A stretch of DNA of 32,000 bases from Nitrososphaera viennensis EN76 (GTDB lineage: Archaea > Thermoproteota > Nitrososphaeria > Nitrososphaerales > Nitrososphaeraceae): the NCBI RefSeq assembly GCF_000698785.1, contig NZ_CP007536.1:1410001-1442000 (forward strand), written 5' to 3'. Below, one piece after another: positions 15,479 through 23,536 of the stretch. The notes beneath the pieces are model-generated. The model was not told where the DNA came from and did not search any database. It was given only the letters and a program-made list of their open reading frames with translations. How positions within the stretch are numbered: the stretch's first letter is position 1; every line of letters starts with the position of its first letter. Position numbers and translations under genes: made by a program.

Positions 15479-16106
15479 TTACCATTTCCACCCAAAAGTT
15501 TCTCGCCCTGTCAATTACAGAGTAAGCATCAACCTTGACCTTGTCAAAGGGGTTTTCGGTTCTGGTCCACCATACGGGATGACAAAGAAAGAGCAGGCGC
15601 TCATCAGTGTGTGTACAGATGCAACCATTTCGCCACCATCCACCACTATCAGCGATGTATTTGTAGCTATACTGCTTGACGAGGGCTGCCCTGTCTTGCA
15701 GAGTCGGCGGGATATGAATGTCAGGCGTTATCCCTACAAGGTGTTGTGATATGTTTATGCTCTTGGTTTTAAGCATTGCACAAAAGGCAGCATGGATTAT
15801 CTGGAGGTCCAGATCATAGTTACCATCGTAATGCAAGGCAAGTTCGTGACCCAGCTCGCTTATTTCCTTCCATATCTTCATGTTCTCAGGCGACAGAGCG
15901 TTATACCATTCAGAATGAAGCAAGACGTAGTAGGTCGCCTTTATGCCGTGCTTGTGTTCTAACCTTGCCATCTGCAAAGCGTAATCAGGAAATATGTCAA
16001 TGTCATGCGTCAAGATAATGTCTTTACGTTCTGTAGCTGTTCCTGCCCTGCCTTTTATTTTCTCCAAGACTTCCTCATAATGGGCCAAAGAAAATTCGCA
16101 GGGCAT
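15429..16106 (-). CDS. Divergent polysaccharide-deacetylase-like protein
   Basis: ILTHDIDIFPDYAL...ATYYVL...GHELALHYDG loosely resembles CE4 motifs 1 and 2. The gene is in an operon with the acyltransferase and GT2. Confidence 0.45.
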   Translation of the reverse strand: MPCEFSLAHYEEVLEKIKGRAGTATERKDIILTHDIDIFPDYALQMARLEHKHGIKATYYVLLHSEWYNALSPENMKIWKEISELGHELALHYDGNYDLDLQIIHAAFCAMLKTKSINISQHLVGITPDIHIPPTLQDRAALVKQYSYKYIADSGGWWRNGCICTHTDERLLFLCHPVWWTRTENPFDKVKVDAYSVIDRARNFWVEMVNEHRKQKTVPVTTRSA

Positions 16107-16113
16107 CTGGCAT

Positions 16114-16305
16114 TTAGACCTCTTTGGCCATCCTCGAATAAAGGAACTCTGCTGCTAATTTGTTCCCATCTTGGCTGATAATTATGGCATAATATTTCTG
16201 TGTCAGGGCATACGTTGACTCTTTTTGCTGAAGCATGCTTCCCTTATGGCTTTCTATAGGAAGGATAGATTTAGGCTTTTCTGACGCTTCTACTATAACA
16301 AGCAT
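16114..16305 (-). pseudogene. 63-codon ORF resembling only the N-terminus of the nearby GT2 (possible truncated paralogue remnant)
   Basis: QKYYAIIISQDGNKLAAEFLYS compared with QSYYAIVFGRDGNKSIRKVLDS in the GT2 at 14086..14976. The rest of a GT2 domain is absent. Confidence 0.3.
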
Positions 16306-16376
16306 ATCTTGTATCGCGCCACCAGTCTGGCCGCATCAATAAGAAAATGCTGGCAGAGCCACTCGCTTTTTTCTAC

Positions 16377-17399
16377 TTATTTAAAGGAGGCCCTTATGCG
16401 GGCAAAAAGCGAGATCTGGAGCGCGATTATCACGGAGATGAGCGCCAGGATGGGCAGGATGATAGAGTTTATCTGGCCAGATGCTTGGCTCAGTTCAGTC
16501 ACAGCTTTTTCTGCCTGTGTAATGTCGCTCTTTATGGCTTCCCGTGCATCACTTACTGATTGAGTCAAGTCGCTGCGCGTGGCGTTGAGCTCGTGGCTTG
16601 TCCTGTCAAGCTCGGCCTTGAGCGAGTTGACGGATTCCTGGATCTCGCCGATGCTGCTCCCGCTTGACACCACCTTCGAGTCGTGGGCCAGAAATCCCCT
16701 GTGGAAGGCCATTGCGTGTATGATGTACGAGCCCTCCTTGTCGAGCTTGACGTCGGCGTAATAGATGCCCTCATGGAGCTTGGCAAACTTGCCTGCGAGG
16801 TTTATCGTGTCGTTGCCGGAATGGATGTGCGAGGACGACAGCAGTTGCTGGTTTGGATCGTCTACGTTTACAAGCGCCCCGTCAAATGTCACCTGCACGA
16901 ATATCCTGAACGTCTTGCCCACAGAGATCTCTGTCGGCGAGTCCAGCTTGACCGCCAGGACGCTGGACTGGAACTGTGGCGAGCCGGTCGACGGTATGTC
17001 TGAGAAGGATATTGTGCGGCTTTCCTTGAAGGAAGGAGCTATGGTCGAGGCTGCCTCGACGGTATAGCGGCCAAACACAAAGTTTCGGGACGGCTGCGGC
17101 CACGTAAAGATCTGCGCGGTAAACGAGCCGTTTGGATCTGCCTTTACAGACTCTATCCTGACGGCCTTGCCGGCAGGGTCAAATATCCTGATGATGAGGG
17201 TGTCGTTTGGGAGGCTCTTGCCGTACGCAACAAGGATGTCGCCGGGCAAAAAGTTGTCCTGGTTTACCAGAAATATCAGGCGCGGCCCCTGGGTTTGGCT
17301 CTGGCTCTGGGCCAGGGCCGGCGGGATAAAGTTGATCGAGATTATCAAAGTGATCAATAATATTATCACGAGACTTGTCGGGACATGGTTTTTTTTCAT
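16377..17399 (-). CDS. Signal-peptide / beta-rich / coiled-coil / C-terminal-TM surface protein (SlaB-like stalk candidate)
   Basis: N-terminus MKKNHVPTSLVIILLITLIISINFIPPALAQ. Beta-rich middle region. Coiled coil EIQESVNSLKAELDRTSHELNATRSDLTQSVSDAREAIKSDITQAEKAVTELSQ. TM anchor IILPILALISVIIALQISLFARIR. Confidence 0.6.
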   Translation of the reverse strand: MKKNHVPTSLVIILLITLIISINFIPPALAQSQSQTQGPRLIFLVNQDNFLPGDILVAYGKSLPNDTLIIRIFDPAGKAVRIESVKADPNGSFTAQIFTWPQPSRNFVFGRYTVEAASTIAPSFKESRTISFSDIPSTGSPQFQSSVLAVKLDSPTEISVGKTFRIFVQVTFDGALVNVDDPNQQLLSSSHIHSGNDTINLAGKFAKLHEGIYYADVKLDKEGSYIIHAMAFHRGFLAHDSKVVSSGSSIGEIQESVNSLKAELDRTSHELNATRSDLTQSVSDAREAIKSDITQAEKAVTELSQASGQINSIILPILALISVIIALQISLFARIRASFK

Positions 17400-17402
17400 T
17401 TT

Positions 17403-17443
17403 AAAAACAAAAAGGGGAGAGTAAGTAGGTTACTCTAACCTAC
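17403..17443 (-). terminator. Hairpin plus T-rich tract between the large surface-protein gene and the stalk-like gene
   Basis: The minus strand reads TAA-GTAGGTTA-GAG-TAACCTAC (8-bp stem, 17443..17425), followed by TTACTCTCCCCTTTTTGTTTTTAAA and then the ATG. Confidence 0.45.
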
Positions 17444-20400
17444 TTAACTCACGGTTATGGTCGACTGCGCGATCGGTGACAGTGCTTGCGGGCTGGAGAT
17501 GTTGTTCACTACGAATGTCCTGACCGTGTATGTGCCAGGTGCATCCGGTGTCCATGACAGCCCAACATCGACCTTGCCGTTCGCAGTCAGAGTGCTCTGC
17601 TGCCACTGAAGGTAGACAGTGATTCCATCGGCATCCCTCACCTCAACGATTGCAGCGAATGGCTGCGGAGTATCTTGGTTGTTGGTGATGGCTGTCGACA
17701 GGAATACCTGCTGGCCTGCTGTGACTTCAGTCAACGTCTGGCCTGCAAAGTCCTTCAGGACCGGGTTGCTCGGCGATGTCGCGTCTGCGCGTGGTGCACT
17801 GGCGCCGATTGGCAGAACGAAGGTGAAGTCCTTGCTCGGGTCTACCACCTGCTTTACTCTGTCCGCGTAGTCAGCCGGGTACTTGTCGTTGTACTTCATG
17901 TAGACGTTGTCGCCTGTCTTGACAGTGATCGAACCTGCGTTGACTCCAGTGGATGTGCTTACTGTACCAGTGAAGACACCAGTGTTCGGGCCTGTCTCAA
18001 GCAGAGTGACAGTTGTGCCTACGACGTCGCTGTCTGATGTGACCTTGGCTGTGACAGAGTCTACTGCCTCGCCATCCGTGTTGGCATCAAGATCAGTGAC
18101 CGTAAGGCTGAACGAGTTGCCAGCAGCTACTGTGGTAGAGCTGACGTTCATCAGCGGGTCCTGGCTCGTGATCTTGAAGGTCTTTGAGACAGTCACCTTG
18201 TTGCCAGAGGCATCAGCCTGGTCTGTGTACCTGATCGAGATGATGTCGCCAGGGAGCACTTTGCCAGTGATGTCCTTGGTTGTTCCACCAAATGCAGACG
18301 AGAGTACGTCTGTCGGCTTCAGTGGGGTAAGGGTGAGCGTTGTCTTCATCTTGCCAGTGTTTGTGCCGGTTTCTTCGCCTACTGCAGTGGTCAGTGTGTT
18401 GACGCCAGACCTGTCAGATGTGACTCGGATGTATTCCTGGCCGCTGGTTGTTCTGTCTGTGCCTTGTGGGTTGGTGTTGAGGTCATTGTCGTTGACGGTT
18501 ATTGCCACCTTGGTGCCGGGTCCAACGACTGCTGGTGTGATGTCAATGCTGCCTGATGCAGTCTTGACGTTCAGGGTCAGATCCCTGCTTACGTTGGTGC
18601 TGATGTCGCTTGCAATTAGGTCGGTGTACTTGACTTCAATCTCTGTACCGAAGATGGTATTGGCCAGGTCACCTACCTTGATGTCCTTGCCAATGGTGAC
18701 TGTCTTGACGAAGACACCAGTATCAGCTCCCGTCTCTTCTGCATCATTAATGGTTAGTACTCCGCCTCCTGTTATTGCATCATTCTTTGTTGTCAGCGTA
18801 ATGGTACCAATCTTTTCCCTAACTGCAGGATCCCTGTTAAGGTCCTGGTCAGAAACTGTGATGGTGATGTTCTGTCCATTGCTTACTGCGGATGCGCTGG
18901 ATGTCACTACACCGTCATATGACCTGAGGGTGATGGATGTGCTCACGTCGCCGTAGGTGATCTTTAGCTTGGCATTGTCCATGTTGGCGTTGCTTTCAGT
19001 ACCAGCGCCGATGTTCAGAGTCACTGTGAATACACCAGTGCTAACTCCTGTTTCTGTAAGGGTTTGTGCGCCAATTCCGGTCATGAGGGGTGTGGTTATT
19101 GTGCTACCATCCTTCTTCGTCATTTGGAATGCCGGTACGGTAATTGTGTCTGTGCTACCAGGGTTGGAGTCTGCAGATGGGTCAGTGACGGTCAGTATGA
19201 CCTTTGAGACATCAGTTGTGCTTGCTCTTGGAATTGGAATGGTTGTCCTGCTAACCTCGATTGACTTACCCGGCTTGCCGATTGATATGGTGATCGTGCT
19301 TGTCTGTGCTGGAGATTCGCCGTTGTCTGTGTACTTGAATTCTACTTGGTCGCCATCGCTCATCGATACGACATTGTTGATCTTTTGCATTTCAATGTTG
19401 GTTGCTGTGAAGATGCCAGTGTTTGCGCCTGTTTCAATGAATGTCATTGTGATTGCGTTGCCTGTTGTTGGTGTCCATGCACTGCCTCTTGCCTTCGCAG
19501 TAAAGCCACCGATTCCGAATGGCAGGTTGGCTGATGTGCTTGTTGCTGTGCCTACTGGGAATGTGACAGTGTATGACTCGACAGAGTTGGTGTTGGTGTT
19601 AAGGTCTGGCTCGTTCAGTGTCAGCGAGAATGTGCCTGTTACGCCAACTGAAGTTCCGGGACCAGTCAGTGCACCAGCAGTGTGTGAAAGTGTTCTGATT
19701 GAAGTGAATGTTTCTGCGCCATTAGAGTCACCATGTGGATCATTGTATGTGATAGTAATGTCTCTGTCATCTGCAATTGTTGCTGGATCCAGGGTTATGG
19801 ATGTTGCACCCACTGTAGATGAAGAGCCAAGGTTGATGGCTATCCTGTTGTCAGTGATGTCTGGGACGAATATGCCAGTGTTGTCGCCTGTTTCCTTGAA
19901 CCGAATGCCATTGAGTGTTCCGGTAACACCTGCGACAGTAACTGTGACATTGCCTGCATCGATTGTGTCTCTCTGGGCGGTGTCCACGTTTCTGTCAGGA
20001 TCAGTTACCTGAAGCTGGATGCCATTGGCCATAGTTATTGATGCAGTGACGCCCAGTAGACCATCATCGTTCCTCAGTGTGACTGATGCTGATGGAGTAC
20101 TTGTCGTCGATACAGCAGCGTTGTATGGTGCTACAGCACCAGTCGGAGCTGGAGCATATACATCATGGTCTGTGACCTGGAAGGTGACTGACTGTGGCAG
20201 CGTTAATGCCGTCAGATCAATGACTGATTGCGTTGTTGCAGTTCCGCCTACCTTGAATGTGTGCTCGAATACACCAGAGTTTTGTCCTGTTTCTGCAAAG
20301 GTGGCATTGGCTACAAAGGATGCTTTGTCAACGCCGCTGATAGCTGCTTTGACTACTGCACTGCTAGCAGTGAATGTGTTGACCAGAGTTGGGTCATTGT

Positions 20401-21052
20401 TAGCATCTGGATCGTTTATTCTTACAGTGATCAATGTGTTGTTTCCTGCGATGGTCCTGTCAGTGCTGACAGTTGCGATTGTCTTTTGGAACAGAATTGT
20501 TGATTGCTGACCGCCATATGTTACAACGATGCTGTCGCCATCCTTCAATTCTTTTGTTTGATCCGCAGCTGATGCACCGTTCAAGTCTATTACTGCGTCA
20601 TTGACGCCATCACCAGTCGGAGCAGTATTGATTCTTACAACGTGGGCATTTGCAGGCGTTGTAGAGTCAAATGTCGGAGCTGCAGGGTTAAAGGGAGAGT
20701 TTGCAGTTGTAACGAACAGCTCGAACTGTCCTGAAGAAGTTCCAATCTCCTTGACCTGAGCATTGACTGATCCGAGGCTTGTTGTACCGCGCTTTGCTTC
20801 GACGTTGACAGTAATTGTGTCTTGCGTTGAACCACCTTGCATAGCAGTATCAGTTATCATTACTCTTCCAAGCGCACTTCCGAATATTTTGGGAGTGTCC
20901 TGAGTAACGGATACTGCGGCATATGCTTGGTTTGGAGCAAAGGCCATTACACCCACTACTGCACCAAAAAAGAGTAGTGCTGCAAAGACCACGCTCGTCG
21001 GTTTTTTCCAGCCCATATGGGCTGGTGTTGGATTATTATCCATGCTATACAC
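17444..21052 (-). CDS. Large secreted repeat-rich surface protein (S-layer canopy candidate), 1202 aa
   Basis: Signal peptide MGWKKPTSVVFAALLFFGAVVGVMAFAPNQAYA. No C-terminal anchor. About 8 repeats carrying DxDxNxD / ETGxNTGxF / GDxIxVxYxD motifs. A CTTATATAG box at 21086..21078. The track start is GTG 21052; ATGs occur at 21043 and 21016. Confidence 0.7.
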   Translation of the reverse strand: MYSMDNNPTPAHMGWKKPTSVVFAALLFFGAVVGVMAFAPNQAYAAVSVTQDTPKIFGSALGRVMITDTAMQGGSTQDTITVNVEAKRGTTSLGSVNAQVKEIGTSSGQFELFVTTANSPFNPAAPTFDSTTPANAHVVRINTAPTGDGVNDAVIDLNGASAADQTKELKDGDSIVVTYGGQQSTILFQKTIATVSTDRTIAGNNTLITVRINDPDANNDPTLVNTFTASSAVVKAAISGVDKASFVANATFAETGQNSGVFEHTFKVGGTATTQSVIDLTALTLPQSVTFQVTDHDVYAPAPTGAVAPYNAAVSTTSTPSASVTLRNDDGLLGVTASITMANGIQLQVTDPDRNVDTAQRDTIDAGNVTVTVAGVTGTLNGIRFKETGDNTGIFVPDITDNRIAINLGSSSTVGATSITLDPATIADDRDITITYNDPHGDSNGAETFTSIRTLSHTAGALTGPGTSVGVTGTFSLTLNEPDLNTNTNSVESYTVTFPVGTATSTSANLPFGIGGFTAKARGSAWTPTTGNAITMTFIETGANTGIFTATNIEMQKINNVVSMSDGDQVEFKYTDNGESPAQTSTITISIGKPGKSIEVSRTTIPIPRASTTDVSKVILTVTDPSADSNPGSTDTITVPAFQMTKKDGSTITTPLMTGIGAQTLTETGVSTGVFTVTLNIGAGTESNANMDNAKLKITYGDVSTSITLRSYDGVVTSSASAVSNGQNITITVSDQDLNRDPAVREKIGTITLTTKNDAITGGGVLTINDAEETGADTGVFVKTVTIGKDIKVGDLANTIFGTEIEVKYTDLIASDISTNVSRDLTLNVKTASGSIDITPAVVGPGTKVAITVNDNDLNTNPQGTDRTTSGQEYIRVTSDRSGVNTLTTAVGEETGTNTGKMKTTLTLTPLKPTDVLSSAFGGTTKDITGKVLPGDIISIRYTDQADASGNKVTVSKTFKITSQDPLMNVSSTTVAAGNSFSLTVTDLDANTDGEAVDSVTAKVTSDSDVVGTTVTLLETGPNTGVFTGTVSTSTGVNAGSITVKTGDNVYMKYNDKYPADYADRVKQVVDPSKDFTFVLPIGASAPRADATSPSNPVLKDFAGQTLTEVTAGQQVFLSTAITNNQDTPQPFAAIVEVRDADGITVYLQWQQSTLTANGKVDVGLSWTPDAPGTYTVRTFVVNNISSPQALSPIAQSTITVS
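17885..20857 (-). repeat. Protein-level tandem domain repeats (period about 110-140 aa) inside the large surface protein
   Basis: DxDxNxD-type motifs at aa 213, 350, 480, 623, 734, 854 and 986, plus degenerate copies near aa 66 and 294. ETG motifs at aa 254, 387, 540, 667, 773, 893 and 1019. Confidence 0.6.
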
Positions 21053-21754
21053 CGTTATAGGGTTGAATTTGTCAGAACTATATAAGACTTGTGAACAAAA
21101 TGTTCATTCTATCTCAAAACATGGTTAAGGGGGCGCAAATCCTTTTATTTTCTATATGATTTAATATAGATCCATTATCATATTATATTTTCAAGATATT
21201 TGATAGATATATTCTTCATAAATTACCGCGTTGCCTATATAATTTAGACAGATATATGATAGGTGTATGACATCAAGATTATGTTTATCGAATTTTACCA
21301 TTTGATTTTATTGCAGAGGTATTTGATTGAGTCATCATGAAAATTATGGGCAATACTACATTTATCTATAAGTTCTGCACTTTTGCAGTAACATTGTTCT
21401 GAAACCTGTGCCAGCATAATAGTATAGCCATGCGTGTAGCTCCGACCTTTTCCAGCTATATTATTGCATACTGGCGCTTACTTTTCGTACCGCTATCTTT
21501 TGCTCATGATTGGGCTCAGGTACTCGCGCAAGACGTAAAAGTCTCGTATCAACCCAAGCAGCGCGGTCTTGACGAATAAGCGCCTGCGCATCTGAATGGA
21601 TATGGAGGCATCCTCAGGTTCCATTAGCGAGCTTGGCCAAGATTGCCTGTTTTAGCTTAGCTTCGTACTGTACATATATCTGGCTGTTCGATAGGGATTT
21701 TATATCACTACTAAATGATAGAGAAATGTATAGAAGAGAACTAATCTACTGTTG

Positions 21755-22624
21755 TTAGAACCCGCCTGTGGCTGTCGCGCCATCGCCTGCCTCTATTATT
21801 TCCAAATCTGATACAAAGCAAGTATTTGCACCAACTACAAGCCCATAAACTTGAATGGTATCGCCGCTTGCCCAGGCCGCACTTATCACTTCTGAAAAAG
21901 TTGTATAGGTTGTGAGAGGAGTAATTCTATCTGTTCCCACAGCCAACCCATTTCTATAAATAGTTGCTTGAACATTTGTATTGCTAATACCTGCCTTAAG
22001 TTTGAATTTTATAAGTAGCACTCCATTTTTCGGAGTATAATTAAGAGTAGATTCTTTAAGTTTAGTAGCACTTGTATTTGTCGTGCTTCTTTCTGAAGTA
22101 TTAATATGCTGATAACCTGCGCGGTCGATCTGGATTTCCGCAACACTGTTAGCACGTTTCTTTTTTATAAATAACCCATCGTTACTTGCATCAATGGCTT
22201 TTCCATATATTCTGTCATAGCCAGTCGCAGGGTCGGCCGGTGCTGAAATGACCTTAAGATCGACTATATTATCATGCTTGGAGATTCCTGAGAACACTAG
22301 TATACCTGAAAAAGTCAGATTGCCGGAAAATGTAGGGCTTCCAGCTATAGTACCATTCAATGTTGGCGAGTTCAACGTCTTGTTGTCCATGCTCTGCATG
22401 CTGGCGTTATCGATCACCTGCTCCCATGCGCCGTCTGCAGCATTGCGTCTGTACAGGATGCCTGCAGTAAAGCCGCTGCCAGTTGCCGTACAGAAGGCAA
22501 GCATGCCGGGAGACGTAACGAGAGCGGCAATGTTAGCACCGGTGTCAACGACCAGAGTCTTTCTGTTCAGCCTGTCAGCAGTAATGCGGTCAGAAACGTC
22601 AAACTTGCCGCCGCCTGTTCCCAT
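21755..22624 (-). CDS. Virus tail-fibre / receptor-binding-like protein
   Basis: 289 aa, no signal peptide. NKTLNSPTLNGTIAGSPTFSGNLTFSGILVFSG is a fibre-like repeat. The beta-rich C-terminal domain ends in GDTIQVYGLVV. The gene is AT-rich. Confidence 0.45.
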   Translation of the reverse strand: MGTGGGKFDVSDRITADRLNRKTLVVDTGANIAALVTSPGMLAFCTATGSGFTAGILYRRNAADGAWEQVIDNASMQSMDNKTLNSPTLNGTIAGSPTFSGNLTFSGILVFSGISKHDNIVDLKVISAPADPATGYDRIYGKAIDASNDGLFIKKKRANSVAEIQIDRAGYQHINTSERSTTNTSATKLKESTLNYTPKNGVLLIKFKLKAGISNTNVQATIYRNGLAVGTDRITPLTTYTTFSEVISAAWASGDTIQVYGLVVGANTCFVSDLEIIEAGDGATATGGF

Positions 22625-22711
22625 GTCACGTTCTTAACCGGCCTAGTTAAAAAGAAGTAATTACAGATAAAAGCATAAGTAGACGCCTTTTGCTGTTTTC
22701 CACGCAAGTTA

Positions 22712-23044
22712 TTGGCCAGAAAAAAGTTTCGCGTTTTTGCATCTCCCGATGTTCTGGATGTTCTCAAAACCCTGTCAAACAAGGACCCCACAAAGGACAG
22801 ACTTGATCAAGTAATAGATGAAATGAAGCAGGACAGGAACCTTGGAGACTATATCAAGAAAAAGCCCTGGCCTGACAAATACACTAAAACAGACGAGGTA
22901 ACCAACCTCTACAGGCAAGAGATTGGCGGCAACCACAGGTTAATTTACACCATCAGAGGCAGGAAAGAAGACAAGGTTTACCAACTCTTGGATTTGCTCA
23001 CGCATAAAGAATACGACAGGTTGTTTGGCTATAGCACGACATAG
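22712..23044 (+). CDS. RelE/ParE-superfamily toxin-like protein with no adjacent antitoxin
   Basis: FRVFASPDVLDVLKTL...NLYRQEIGGNHRLIYTIRGRKEDKVYQLLDLLTHKEYDRLFG fits the RelE/ParE pattern. The only in-frame start is TTG. Confidence 0.55.
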   Translation: MARKKFRVFASPDVLDVLKTLSNKDPTKDRLDQVIDEMKQDRNLGDYIKKKPWPDKYTKTDEVTNLYRQEIGGNHRLIYTIRGRKEDKVYQLLDLLTHKEYDRLFGYSTT

Positions 23045-23047
23045 TCG

Positions 23048-23368
23048 CTATAGCTCTGTCGAGTCTTCTAGAGATTTTCTTGCTCTTTCACTTTCTATGA
23101 ATATCCAGGATATAGAGCCATCCTTGTTCTGTGTTATCTTGTTCGACCTTTCCAGGTAGGCAAGTGCTACGCCAAGAGTTCCGTACTGGACTCCCCTTGG
23201 CAGTGCCTTCCAGAGCAGGGTCTTTGATTCAAAGTATTGTTCTTTCCTGATGGCACCTTCTATCATTTCCAGAGTATCAAGGCGGGGCATGATCTGCCTA
23301 CGCGAGGATGAAGGGCGTTTTTTCGAAGCAGTCTTGCTTCTTGCTTTTGATCGTTTCAAAATACTCAT
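23048..23368 (-). CDS. Small basic protein with a probable winged-helix domain
   Basis: Lys/Arg/Ser-rich N-terminal tail, then LDTLEMIEGAIRKEQYFESKTLLWKALPRGVQYGTLGVALAYLERSNKITQNKDGSISWIF. A TATAAATA box lies about 45 nt upstream. Confidence 0.45.
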   Translation of the reverse strand: MSILKRSKARSKTASKKRPSSSRRQIMPRLDTLEMIEGAIRKEQYFESKTLLWKALPRGVQYGTLGVALAYLERSNKITQNKDGSISWIFIESERARKSLEDSTEL

Positions 23369-23536
23369 TTCTTCATTTCAGCCCCTACGTTCCTACAGAG
23401 GAACGACTACTATTTATACATAGATGCATATACAATTATGTATATCAGACTTGATATGACGGAGCCCAGTCTAATACACAGTTAATTCTTTAAAGCAAGC
23501 AGGCCGTTCCACTGGAAGCACGCCCCTCCCCTTGCA

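Noticed and set aside
17907-20510. Very long plus-strand ORFs (349, 351 and 163 aa) antisense to the large surface-protein gene
   Set aside because: They are shadow ORFs. The sense gene is rich in ACN/GTN/GGN codons, so its complement lacks stop codons. The translations are low-complexity (V/S/L/P/T) with no motifs, while the minus-strand product has a signal peptide and coherent repeats.
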